Source: the human T2T-CHM13v2.0 reference genome, Homo sapiens. From it: DNA of 64,000 nt. The position numbers and the translations under genes are program-made. The stretch lies in the NCBI RefSeq assembly GCF_009914755.1, contig NC_060927.1. One strand, given 5' to 3'. Positions within the stretch are counted from its first letter, which is position 1, and each line of letters opens with the position of its first letter. This document shows, one piece after another, positions 29,271 through 42,097 of this stretch. The notes beneath the pieces are model-generated. The model searched no databases. It was not told the origin of the DNA and was given only the letters and a program-made list of their open reading frames with translations.

Positions 29271-30199
29271 GAGAAGGATCAGGAAAAAAGAGCCTCAATT
29301 CATTTTCTAATATGTAGAACAAAATTATTCAGTGTACCTCACTGTGGCATTGAGAATGTTAAGTTAATTTAAACAAATAAAGTTGTTGAGATAATACTTT
29401 GAAATGGTAGATATTCAATATAATATGGTATTCTTTCTCCCATTGGAATGCACATTGTGAAGAACAGATTGTAATGGGCATTGAACGATTGGTTAAGAGA
29501 TGTGTACTTACTCCAAAGAAAACCATGATACTGTGTATACTCTTGGTGTGTGGTAATTAACAATTAGTCTGACAGTGGCATGCCGGGTGTGTTGAAGCAA
29601 AAAGTTTGGTTTTCTAAATAGAGATCCTGAATTATGATAAAATATACAGGAAGATATTGTTAATATAACTTTTAAAAACTGTATTACAAAAGAATTCAGA
29701 TAGCAAGAGTTAGCAACATAAAATATAATCCATCGTTTACAGCTAGAGGATTATATTGATAAGGTTACATAATCTGTTTTGGAAATGTTGAAGAAAATTC
29801 TAATAATTTAAATATGTATTTTTAACTAAATGTTTACAATTATCTTTATATTCTATGTAATATTTATTGTAGGACCTCATATCAAAGGAATGCAGTGCAT
29901 GCATGATGAACAAGACCTGGCAATTATTTTTTCTTATGGAACTTAAGGAAATCAAGGAAGACTTTTGAACCCCAAAAAGTAAAAAATAATAATAGTAATG
30001 GATAAAATAATTTACTAAGAAGTAGAAGAGGAAAAACATTATTTGAAGAAATACGGCAGCAACCATTGCCATTAGCCATGACTACTGGCTAATGTATACT
30101 AGTAGTTATGATTTGCAATTACCTACCAACATTTAATTGTCTGGTTCCTCTATGTGTTTGGTTCCAAGAGTGTACAGGTGCTATAACTACAATCAATAA

Positions 30200-30430
30200 A
30201 AAAAACAACATAGACTTAGACAAAGGCAGTATTTGAAAAAATATACTGAGTTTGGTATTTATTACCTATGTGAATTTTGGGAACCACTTATATTCTCTTA
30301 AAATAATTTTCTTATTTTGAATTTGAGTGAGACACCTCCCAGTATTATTTACTAATGTTACATGAAACAATAGAATAATTGAAAGTTTTTAAAGTTTATT
30401 ACTTGTTAAAATAATATTCTGTTATTATTT
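30200..30430 (+). mobile_element. MIR (degenerate)
   Basis: ATTACCTATGTGAATTTTGGGAACCACTTATATTCTCT resembles the MIR core. Confidence 0.45.
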
Positions 30431-33400
30431 CTTTTTACATAAATTTACTTAAAGAAAATTGATATCTTTAGAAATTGAATAACTGCTTAATGCATGATGT
30501 TTAACCTGAAGACTTAACTATGTGCAGGTCAGGAACTGTGAACATAATCAGCTCCTTATTTTAAAAATTTCAGAGCTCAAATTTCTCTCTTAATAAAGCA
30601 CCTTGATGGTAAATACCACATTTTATACTGCATTAAAAATTCTAGAAATATTATACACCTTACTTATGCTAAATAAACATAGAGAAATATAAATACATAC
30701 TGAAACATTTTCTTCAAAAGATAATTGCAAATATTTATATTAAAATTCCACTAAAGAGGATATGTGGATGCCTGTAACATTTTAGCCAATATTCATAATA
30801 TATACATAAAAGTTAAAATAATCACATAAAGATAATATTATTTGTATCTCATTTGGTCAATAATGGTACAAATATTGTTTTGGATTAGCTTATTGCATGG
30901 TGTTGATAAGGTTACATAATTCGTGGTTTCACAGGCTTATGAGGGGAACTAACTGATAAAAGTCCTAAAAAAGAATTCAGAAATATGTTGTGAGATTACT
31001 TCTAGCACAAACAACTCTCAGCACATAGTAAACCTAATCAGAAAAAAACCCTTTCTATGGTTTCATAATCTATATTGAAACACTCTGGCTCACTTTCTTG
31101 GCTGTATAATCCTCTTTCACTTGCATATAAAGAATATACTCTTCACAGAAGTATGAGGATTAGTAACAAAAAGGCATTAATGTTATCTTCTATATGCTTC
31201 CCTGTTCCAAAAGAGTTCAATACGAGATTTTTTTTGTTATTACTTAGAAACTTTCCAAAAGGCATATAGGTAACAGCAATCTTAGAGATAAGAAAACTAA
31301 TTTAAAGGGATTAAAACTTTACCAATATGATGTCAAATATTTGCTTGAAAAGTGAAAAACCAAAATGTTCAATTGGCTGTTTTGCTGGGTCATCAGTAAC
31401 ATGTAGTGGACAAGCAAGTCTTCAATACTGTTACTTAGAAAAGAGCTTTTCTTAATGAACTATTTTAAATCATATACTCTAGATCAACAACAGATCACGT
31501 AAAACACTGAAAATGGCAGGACCTCAGAGATAATCAGCTTCTTAGAATTAAAAAAAAAAAAGAACACCAAGGAAATTCAGTGTCTGCTTGGATATAATGA
31601 GTTGTGATTTTAATAACCCCATACCTGCTGAGATATTAATATTCATATAGTCTAGTGAAAATTTTATTCTTCATATATTCTTTCAAACTTGTTAAAAGTT
31701 TGAATTTAGTATGACAATTTTTTTCAGAAATTCTATTAATTCATTGTCAATATTCTTACACACAGACACAGATTACTGTTTTTAGTAAAGTCATTTTATG
31801 TTATCTTTTCCCATAATTTAACTTTTCCATTAAGATTCTAAAATAAATCTCTCAAGAACCTCTGGTTTACTTTATCAGGTTAGCACAGAATCATAGAATT
31901 TTAAGACTAGAAGAGAAAATAATGATTATCTGATCCTACAACCCTTCTGTCTTCTCTATTTAACTGCAGAATGGTTTTCCAAACTACATTTGAATGTATC
32001 TCTGAGTAAACAAATTTCGTATATATACAATTGTGTCAGATATGTATTTTTGATGTTGAGTTGAAATTTGTTTCCATATCTTCCATTTACTGTTTCTGTT
32101 TCTTATCCTTATTAATAAAGAAAACAAGTGTAATCATTTTGTTTGCCATCCTTCAATATTTGAATATTTCTGTAATGGTTTTTCTTCCCCAAATCTTATT
32201 TTTGGTATATTTTTATTAATACAGTAAACATTTAAATGGCATAACCACCTTTGTTTTTGGTTAAATGTACCTGAATTTCTTACATTCGACTCAAAGATGA
32301 ACTGCCAAAACTTAATTTCTTAAATAAGATTTAGAGCATCTTAAGAAGGCAGAATTCTCCCACTCTCGATATAACTGCTAATTTAGATAAAAATAACTTA
32401 TTTAGTGGTTACATTTCACATATTATACAACCTTTGATTAGTTAAAGTTTGATGCATTCTTTCCAAATAGCTGATGTAATTGTGCAACTGGCTTGTCTCC
32501 CTCTCTAAGTAGTAAAAATTTGATTTCTCTTTGTGAAGTATAATTTGTTATATTTTGACTATTATCCCTGATTAATAATGATTAGTACTAATAAATACCA
32601 GTGTATTTTCCCTTATTAAATAAAATAATGTAAAAACGTATAAGTGTATAAGTGTGCTTCGTATGTTTCTAATGGTAAAATGTTGAATATGGCTGAGTCG
32701 AGGATAAACTTACTAAAAAACTGCCTTCTCAATGGGAAGGATTAAAACTATAAGCCATCATATTTGTCCCATTCAGAAGGGTAGTGGTTTTTTTTTTTTT
32801 CCTTTCTTTCTAAAGTCAGTGCCTTGATTTTTTAATCCACCAGAACTTGGATCTAACTTATGCTTCATTGTTTCATCCCAAGGATGGCCTAATCGTTTAC
32901 TATAATCCTTGTTCCTTTCTCACACACCTCACTTATCAATATGTAGTTTTTATTCTCTTTGGCTATATTACCGTGGCTTTAAAGGGCTTAAAAATGGAAA
33001 TACTGCAACACATTTATAATGATTATATTTCACTTTTTTCTCACTTTCTTATCTGTCATTCCACAATTTTTACAGTTATAAATTTTGCTAATATAGTATT
33101 CTTTGTGATTATATTTTCTTTTTTTTCATTCTATTTTGCAGGACCTTATGCTTTCTGGTAAAAGACAGTTCAGATGGATGTGTCTCAAGCATCTTCATAT
33201 TCTTTTGAGTCGAGAGAACACATTAATTATGTGAACCCATAACTTCTTATTTCTATTTTAAAGTCAGGAATTACAAACTGCTTTAGGCCCAAACTGACCC
33301 TCATATCTTTTAGGTAGAGTAGGAAAATGAAATAACTAGCCAGCTTTTTTGTAATTCCCTTTATAACTTTCTAATTTTAATAAATGCCTCAGAAACCACA

Positions 33401-34264
33401 CTAGGTTTAAGTCGCCTTACTTCTGAAAAGATACTGCTTATGTACCTATTAATATTTCTCATGTTCTTAGGAATTATCTTTAATGTAAGATGTGGCACAA
33501 TCATTTTTATTAGTAAATTATTACCTCTCATACCAATTTACTCAAGCCTCCAATAGCAAACAGCAAATGTATAGGAAATCCTTTCAAGCATTTAAGAGGA
33601 TGTAATCTAAAATACAAATTAATGCATTGATCTTTATCTGTATATTTATTTTTCAGTTGAAATTTGGAGACGCCAAGTAGCTGTCTGATGGACATAAACC
33701 TATCAAGTTATATTATTAGATTTTTGATTCAACATTTCTTCTGTCAGATCTCTAGCTTTTATTTACTATTTTGAGTGGCATACTTGCTGGAAGTTCACAC
33801 TTTTTCTGGTAATGGGTGCTTTTATCTTTCTTATCTTCTAGAAGAAATATTTGCATCAATATTTTTAAATCAGTAATTTTGCTTTTGTGTTTTAGTGTGT
33901 TTTATTTCATACTGTATTTCATTTTCAAAATTAAAGGCTTTAGGAAAAGTGCTTTTATTGTTATTAAACACAGTATATTCGCACTTACGTAAATTTCAGA
34001 GAGTTGGGAGTGGTCATCCCAAAGACTCTGAACTCATCTCTTGGCATAACTACAATGCACATAGACATATTTTGGATTTGTGTAGGATGCTAGAAAGGAT
34101 AAAGAAATGTTTTAATTTAGCCAAGTAGTTTAATGACTTATAGACCATAAACATCCAGGTAGAAAGCAATGCCTATGTCTTTTCCAGTCCACTCTGGCAG
34201 TATTTACAGCCACATGTTCCAACGGATGCTGCATAATGTGAATAGGTCTCTTTACAATGAAATG

Positions 34265-34750
34265 CAAAGGAAAAAAATCATTATATCAAAAGGATACCTG
34301 CACTAATGTTTATCAACCCTATTCACAGCAGCAAATACATGAAATCGACTTGTGTCCATCAACAAATGATTGGAAAAAGAATATGTGGTATATACCATGG
34401 AATACTACTCAGCCATAAAAAAAATCATGTATTTTTCAGCAACTTGGATGCAACTGAAAGCTATTATCTTAAGTGAAGTAACTCAGAAATAGAAAGTCAA
34501 ATACTCACACATGGAATCTAAAAAATGCATGCACATGGACACACAGTGTGAAATAATGGACAGTGGAGACTCACAAGCCTGACAGGGTAGGAGTGGGGTG
34601 AGGGATAAGAAATTACTTAATCGATACAATGTACACTATTTGGGCAATTGTTACACTTGGTACAGACTATACCACTATGCAATATATCCATGTATCAAAA
34701 CTGTACTTGTATTCTCTAAATCTATAAAAATAAATTGCAAAAGAAAAAAC
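34265..34750 (+). mobile_element. L1PB4-like 3' end
   Basis: GGGGTGAGGGATAAGAAATTACTTAAT...TACAATGTACACTATT...CCACTATGCAATATATCCATGTA; A tail. Confidence 0.85.
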
Positions 34751-35266
34751 AACTGATAGGAGAGGAAGGGAGGCTGGAAAGTAATGGGTTCAGTTATCGA
34801 TTATGTACTAATCATATATTGTTTACAGTTTTATCAAAAATGTTCACTATGTTAACAATGCACAAGGGAAAAAAAAAACACATGCAGTGTTTCCATAGTG
34901 TATTTTACCTTGGGATTACTCTTCTATTAAATACACTTCAGAAATGCTGTTTTAGAGAAAAGAACAGACTGATTCCTTCTGTTCTAAAAATGACTCACCT
35001 TTAAATGAAATAAAATTAAATTTGAAATGCAAAGTTGTCCTAGATTTATATAAAATAAACATATAAAGAAGTAAGGTGAAAATTGAAGAGAGTAACACCA
35101 TAATGGTCAATTTTTTGGATTAGACTCTCATACTTAATGGAATGGAAATAGACAATTTCTGTGCTCCCAGAGAAGAAGACTAACTCATCCATATTAACCA
35201 AACTGATAGGTTATCTGAGTAAATACCTGTGTACTATAAGCTATCTATGTTAACAAAAATTAGTCA

Positions 35267-37690
35267 GATGCAAAATAAAATACTGGCAAACAAAATACTG
35301 GCAAACAAAAAGCAGCACATCAAAAAGCTTATCCACCACGATCAAGTTGGTTTCATCCCTGGGATGCAAGGCTGGTTCAACATACACGAATCAATAAATG
35401 TAATTCATCATATACACAGACCTAAAGACAAAAACCACATGATTATCTCAATAGACACAGAAAAATCCTTTGATAAAATTCAACTGTCCTTTATTTTAAA
35501 AACTCTTAATAAACTAGATACCTTAAAATAATAAAAGTCATTTATGACAAACTCATGGCAAATATCATACTGAATGGGCAAAAGATGGAGGCATTCCCTT
35601 TGAAGGCCAGCACTAGACAAGGGTGCCCTCTTTCACTATTCCTATTCAGCATAATATTGGAATATCTGGCCAGAGAAATCAGGCAAGAGAAAGAAATAAA
35701 GAGTATTCAAATAGGAAGAGAGGAAATAAAATTGTCTTTGTTTGCAGATGACATGATCCTATATCTAGAAAACCCCATCGACTTAGCCCAAAAGCTTCTT
35801 AAGCTGATAAGCAACTTCAGCAAAGTCTCAGGATCCAAAATAAATGTGCAAAAGTCACAAGCATTCCTATACACCAACGACAGGCAAGCAGAGAGCCAAA
35901 TCATGAATGAACTCCCATTCACACTTGCTACAAAGAGAATAAAACACCTAGGAATTCATCTAACAAGGGAAGTGAAGCACCTCTTCAAGGAGAACTACAA
36001 ACGAATGCTCAGGAAAATCAGAGAGGACACAAACAAATAGAAAAACATTCCATACTCAAAGATAGGAAGAATCAATATTGTGAAAATGGCCGCAGGGTTC
36101 AATGTAATTTAAACATTTAATGATATTCCCATTAAACTACCATTGACATTCTTCACAAAATTAGAAGAAACTATTTTAAAATTCATATGGAACCAAAAAA
36201 GAGCTTGTATAGCCAAGACAATCCTAAGCAAAAATAACAAAACTGGAGGCATCATGTTACCAGACTTCAAACTACACTACAATGCTACAGTATCCAAAAC
36301 AGTATGGTACTTGTACAAAAACAGGATAGAGCCATAGAACAGAATAGAGAACTCAGAAATAAGACTGCATTTCTACAACCATCTGATCTTCAACAAACCT
36401 CACAAAAACCAGCAATGGGGAAAGGATTCCCTATGTAATAAATGGTTCTGGGAGAACTGACTAGCCATATGCAGAAAACCAAAACTGGACCCCTTCCTTA
36501 CACCTTATACAAAAATTAATTCAAGATGAATTAGAGATATATTGTAAAATCCAAAGCTATAAAAACCCTAGAAGAAAATCTAGGCAATACCATTCAGGAC
36601 ACAGGCATGGGCAAAGATTTCATGATGAAATCAGCAAAAGCAACTGCAACAAAGGCAAAAATTGACAAATAGAATCTAATTAAACTGAAGAGCTTCTGCA
36701 CAGCAGAAACTATCATCAGAGCAAACAGGCAACCCACAGAGTGGGAGAAAAATTTTGCAATCTACCCATCTGACAAAGGTCTAATATGCAGAATCTACAA
36801 GGAACTTAAACTAATTTACAAGAAAAAACAATCAACCACATGAAAAAGTGGGCAAAGGACATGAACAAGCATTTCCTAAAGGAAGACATTCACGTGGCCA
36901 ACAAACATATGAAAAAAAAGCTCAACATCACTAATCATTACAGAAACGCAAATAAAAACCACAAAAAGATACCAGCTCATACCAGTCAGAATGGCTATTA
37001 TTAAAAAGGCAAGAAACAACAGATGCTGGCAAGGTTGTGGATAAATAGGAACACTTTTTTCACTGTTGGTCAGAGTGGAAATCAGTTCAACCATTGTGAA
37101 GACAGTGTAGTGATCCCTCAAAGATATAGAACCAGAAATGTCATTTGACCCAGCAATCCCGTTACTGGGCATATACCCAAATGAATACAAATCATTCTAT
37201 CACAAAGATATATGCATGTATATGTTCATTAGAACATTATTCACAAGAGCAAAGACACAGAATCAACCCAAATGTCCATCAGTAACAGACTGGATAAAGA
37301 AAATGTGGTACAAAAACTCCATGGAATACCATGCAGCCATAAAAAGGAACAAGATCATTTCCTTTGCAGGGATATGCATGGAACTGGAAGCCATTATCCT
37401 CAGCAAACTAATGCACGAACAGAAAAGCAAACACCACATATTCTCACCTACAGGTGAGAGCTGAACAATGGGAATATATGGACAGAGGGAGGAAAACAAA
37501 ACACCCTAGGGCCAGTGTAGGGGTGGGGTGGAGGGAGGAAGAGCATTAGAGAAAATAGATAATGCATACTGGGCTTAATACATAGGTGATGGGTTTATAG
37601 GTGCAGCAAACCATCATTGCACACATTTACCTATGTAACAAACCTATACCCTAGAATTTAAAATAAAAATTAAAAATAAATAAATAAAAA
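35267..37690 (+). mobile_element. LINE-1 3' half (RT, C-terminal domain, 3' UTR, poly(A)), L1PA13-like
   Basis: ORF2 remnants [44 protein letters not shown]; 3' UTR GAGCATTAGAGAAAATAGATAATGCATACTGGGCTTAATAC. Confidence 0.95.
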
Positions 37691-39107
37691 GTCAGACAGA
37701 ATAAATGAGAGCACCCGTGATAAGCAAAAGGGATATTAAACATGAGTATAGATCTAAAATTTAAAGGGAATGTCACATACAACTAATCCAGACAAATATC
37801 TCCTTACTCTTAATTTTGTCAAAGGTTATTCTCATTTGCCAAGTAAAATTGATATAGTACTCCCTTTATACTAGTGAGTGAAAACTAATGTGATTTAAGA
37901 GAGTGTCATTAAAAATAATACTAAAATTTCCATTCATATAAAATATCGTTTACTCTCAAATTTTACAATGTGTTCAGACAAAAGCAAATCGATTTTTTAA
38001 ATATTAAATTTTATAATATTCAATATTCTCTTCTTATACACTTCTTCCTTATTTAATGTCTATGAATTATCTAACTAATATCATATTATAGCGTAACTAT
38101 AACGCTTCTCATTCATATAAATTTTCCTAGGAAAACATCTGTTAGAATTCTCTATCTGAAAAATTATGAATTTCTAATGAGATAACTTATTTTAACAATG
38201 TTTTTATTAAGCCAAAGAGATGCCAATTGTGTCTGTTAAAATGTAAATAACCAATAAAAACTAAAAGGAAAACATATATAGTGTCCCAAATATATGGAGT
38301 TTTCTAGCCAACAGAACTAAAAACGTACAAAAAATGAAAAAAAAAAGTTTTATAACTAAAATTTTCTACTATGTAGAAAGGTCTGTGGACTGTGCACAAT
38401 TAAATATGAAAACAAAATGTTGAGGAATGGTAAGAAGGAAATGCATATCTATAAGGTTTTTTGTCCTTACCCTGATCCGGACTAAGCATGCATGCAAGAA
38501 AGAAATAGGAATTCCATTCCAAACTGCCAAAGTCAGTGTTTGGCAAACAGTTTCGATTAATGTAAAATGATCCAATTAACGCACCCCACAAAGGACTAAG
38601 AACAAATACCAATATCAAACAAGGCTGCAGAAAGAAATCTTTGAAGTAGCTGTTTTGAACAGACTATTAACAACATGAAATTCAGCTGAAATGTAACCAA
38701 CCAGATGCTAGTGCTTGAATACAGCAAATAAAATAGATTGCTTTGCTATTAGGAAGGTCACATAAATTTCTCCTCTATGTCACTTAGAGCTACCAAGAGA
38801 CTCACAGAACAAGAATCTTATTTTTTTGGATCCTTTCTAATTATTCTTATTTCTCTCTTTCATTTAATTCTGTTTGGTAATGTTTAGGGTGAATTTTGAG
38901 AAATAAAAAAATTATTATCTATGCTCCATATAACTTATACCCTTGACTTAACTGAAATAAGGGAAATAATGCAATAATAAATATTCAATGAAAAAATTGC
39001 TTCTGCAGGAATAAGAATTAAGACTGTTTTTCTTCCATTGTTCAAATACTTTCTATTAGATATCTGAAGTCTCTCCAATGGACACATCTGTTTTGGAAGT
39101 GAATCCT

Positions 39108-39410
39108 TGAGCACAAAGGACTTAAGGCAGTGAAATTATTCTGAATGATACAATAATGGTAGATACATACTGCTATATATTTGCCAAAACCCATACAAAA
39201 TGCAGTGCAGAGCGAACCCTAATTTATGTAAACTATGGACTCTAAGTAATAATAATTTATCAATATGACTCATCAGTTGTAGAAAATGTAATATATTAAG
39301 AAAATATTTAATAATAAGGACAATTGAGAAAAGCAGTAAGAATGTATATGTAAATTCAGTACTTTCTGCGAATTTAAAACTGTTCCAAAAAGTCTATAAA
39401 TTTAAAAAAA
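39108..39410 (+). mobile_element. L1MC/MD 3' end
   Basis: GGCAGTGAAATTATTCTGAATGATACAATAATGGTAGATACA...GAACCCTAAT...GTAAACTATGGACT. Confidence 0.8.
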
Positions 39411-39688
39411 TTAATACTTGCTAATTGACATACACCTTGATCTAACCAATATAAGCAAACTCAGTATATACTCTGGATTATGTGGCTTTAATACATTTTG
39501 CATAGCTTAGAACTTTTAGAACTTTATGAAAGTAGGTAGTTCAAGTAAAAAATACTCCAGAATTTTTCTGAGAAATATTGTGTTTTAATAGGTACTTTAG
39601 AGTTTCCTTTCTTTACATTTTTTTTCACCATATCATTTCAAGGCAATGTTGTTTTTTTTCTCATTTATAAGGTATAAACATAACCCTT

Positions 39689-40054
39689 TATATATACTGA
39701 ATTGTGTCCTCTCACAATTCATGTATTAAACTGCTAACCCCTAATATAATGGCACTTGGAGATGGGTCTTTGGGAAGTATTAGGTTTAGATAAGGTCATG
39801 AAGGTTGGACTCTCATGATGGGATTATTATCTTTATAAGAGATACCAGATGGCTGGCTCAGTCTCTTCACAATATGAGAAATTACCAAGAAGGCAACCAT
39901 CTGCAAATCAGTTAGAGAGCTCTGACCAGAAACTAACTATACTGGCAACCTGTTCTTGAACTTCAGCCTCCAGAATTGTAAGAAAATGAATTTTTGTTGT
40001 TTAAACTACCCAGATTATAGTATTTTGTTATAATAACACAAGGCGACTAATGTA
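39689..40054 (+). mobile_element. MLT1A-type solo LTR
   Basis: ACTGAATTGTGTCCTCTCACAATTCATG...CTTCAGCCTCCAGAATTGTAAGAAAATGAATTTTTGTTGTTTAA...GACTAA. Confidence 0.85.
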
Positions 40055-40260
40055 AACTTTCATTGAGTTTAGAATATGTCAAGAAGTAGTGGAAAGAGTA
40101 CTGAGCTAGGATTCAACATTTTGGGGCACATAGAGTAATTCTTGCAATAAACCAACTACGGAACATGACCAGTTATTGTGTCTTTTTAAATCTGAATATT
40201 CCCTTGTTTAAAATAGAAGGTTAGGTTGACTAAGCCATCTCTAGTTTCTCCCATTCAAGC

Positions 40261-40462
40261 TAAGGTTGCCAGATAAAACATAAGACACTAGTTAAATCTG
40301 AATTTCAGATTAAAAAAAAACTAAGGAGTTTTACTATAAGTATGTCCCATGCACGATGCAGGGCATGTTTCTACTAAAAATTTCTCTGTTATTGTTCTGA
40401 AATTCAAACTGGAATGTTGTCTTATGTTTCTATTGGTTTTGTTTTGTTTTCCAGCAACCTTA
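40261..40462. mobile_element. MER53 palindromic hAT MITE
   Basis: Terminal inverted repeats TAAGGTTGCCAG / CCAGCAACCTTA; internal AGTTAAATCTGAATTTCAGA and TATAAGTATGTCCCAT; 8-bp TSD ATTCAAGC / AGTCAAGC. Confidence 0.9.
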
Positions 40463-40485
40463 AGTCAAGCATAGTAGTTGTAGAT

Positions 40486-40645
40486 TAGTGGTTTTCAAAG
40501 CTTAGCATGTAAAAATATTACCCAGAGGGCTGGAGAAGATGCTAATTTCTGGGTACCACTCTAAGAGTTTCTGATTCACTGAGTCTGGGAAAGGCCCACA
40601 AATCTGCATATTTTTCAAGTTCCCATGCAGTGCTGATGTGGAGAG
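40486..40645. mobile_element. MER5A
   Basis: AGTGGTTTTCAAAGCTTAGCATG...AGAGTTTCTGATTCACTGAGTCTGGG...AATCTGCATATTTTTCAAGTTCCCA. Confidence 0.8.
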
Positions 40646-41744
40646 AACCCGGATGAGATTGGACCCATGAGCATTAATATCCCTTTAAATTTTTTAAATG
40701 CTGTCACTCCATTAATCTGTATTTTGCCACCTGTGGATAATATTTTGTTTAGTATAATTATTAAATAATCATTTAAAAATTATAACTCTTTATATCTAAA
40801 TAAATATTCTCAAAATATTTCGCAATGAAATAATATTTTCAAATATATTTGAATTAATTGCATGATTTTTGCTTTAAAAGGGTATAATTAATGTTCTGTA
40901 CATGCTCTAGCCAATAGTTTCACTAAGTTAGGATGCATATAATATTAAATATGGTTTCTAAATAAAACGTGTGTTATCTGTAACCTTGACACAATCTACT
41001 TTTTCTCCTTTCCTTTGAGTCCAAACTCTCTAATGAACTTTGGAGTTATATATCTTCTGCAGTTCAAATAAATCCTGACTAAACAAATAGCTTTGGTGAT
41101 AAAATAGCCTTAAGCTATTTTGCCGTTTCAGTAGATTTGTATGTGGGAAATACGATGTCTCTATTGAAAAGTTTCTGCATTCTTTCCTGTTTCTCATGAA
41201 GTGTATAAATCACTTATCCTAACTCTTTACTTAACAGCTTTATCTAGGATCTCCTTCCTGTCATGAACATGCCTGTGAGAAAAGTACCTTACGTGCTGTG
41301 GATCCCTGTCAATTTCTAGCCTATGATCTTTTGTCCCTGTGGAAACATATGAGGCACATAAATCAGTTCTAAATTTCTTTATCCAAAAGAGCACACTAAT
41401 ATGTTTATGTTTCTTTTCAACCACAATTAGCATATGTATATTGATAATTTCCCACTCCCAGCACAGATCATAGATGTAGGACATAAGTAAATATTTAATG
41501 ATTAGGACTTACAGTCTCAAACTTAATTGTAACAACTGTGTTTATGGACTTAAATTTCTCACAACATAATTAAAGAGGAAAAAAGGTAAACATAATGATA
41601 AAACACTAAAATTGCCAGAAATTATGAGTCACTTTAAAATTTCATTAAATAATTTTAAGGCAGTGAAGCTGATATAAAGCCAATGTATAGAAACATTACT
41701 CAAGATAATATATGCAAAATAATTGGTCAAATATATTGATTTCT

Positions 41745-41950
41745 GATCATGCACCAAAATAATCTGTTTACAAAGTTTCATATAATTCTCAACAAAACCC
41801 TACAAGAAGGTACTAATGTTGACCTCATTTTCTAGAATACTAAAGGACAACTTAGAGAAACAAATTAAACTTTCTAGGTCATATGTTTGGAAAGAGGCAC
41901 ATATGATCTCAGAATTTAGATCCTGCTTTCTTAACTTCTAAGCTATACAG
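41745..41950 (-). mobile_element. MIR
   Basis: AATTCTCAACAAAACCCTACAAGAAGGTACTAATGTTGACCTCATTTT is the antisense MIR core. Confidence 0.6.
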
Positions 41951-41952
41951 CT

Positions 41953-42095
41953 AGTATTAGTCAGAATTCTCCGGAAAAACAGAATAGGATATATAGATAG
42001 ATAGATGGAATCAGAGAAATATAAATATATCTTACATATAATATATAGTATATTATATATAGAAAGACTTATTGATATATATAAACATATTTATG
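41953..42095 (-). mobile_element. MLT2B-like LTR, first piece
   Basis: GTATTAGTCAGAATTCTCCGGAAAAACAGAATAGGATATATAGATAGATAG is an MLT2 terminus with its typical internal simple repeat. Confidence 0.75.
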
Positions 42096-42097
42096 AG

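Noticed and set aside
35229-37464. Cluster of ORFs with reverse-transcriptase motifs (QGCPLS, FADD)
   Set aside because: Decayed L1 ORF2 broken by stops and frameshifts; not a functional or novel RT system
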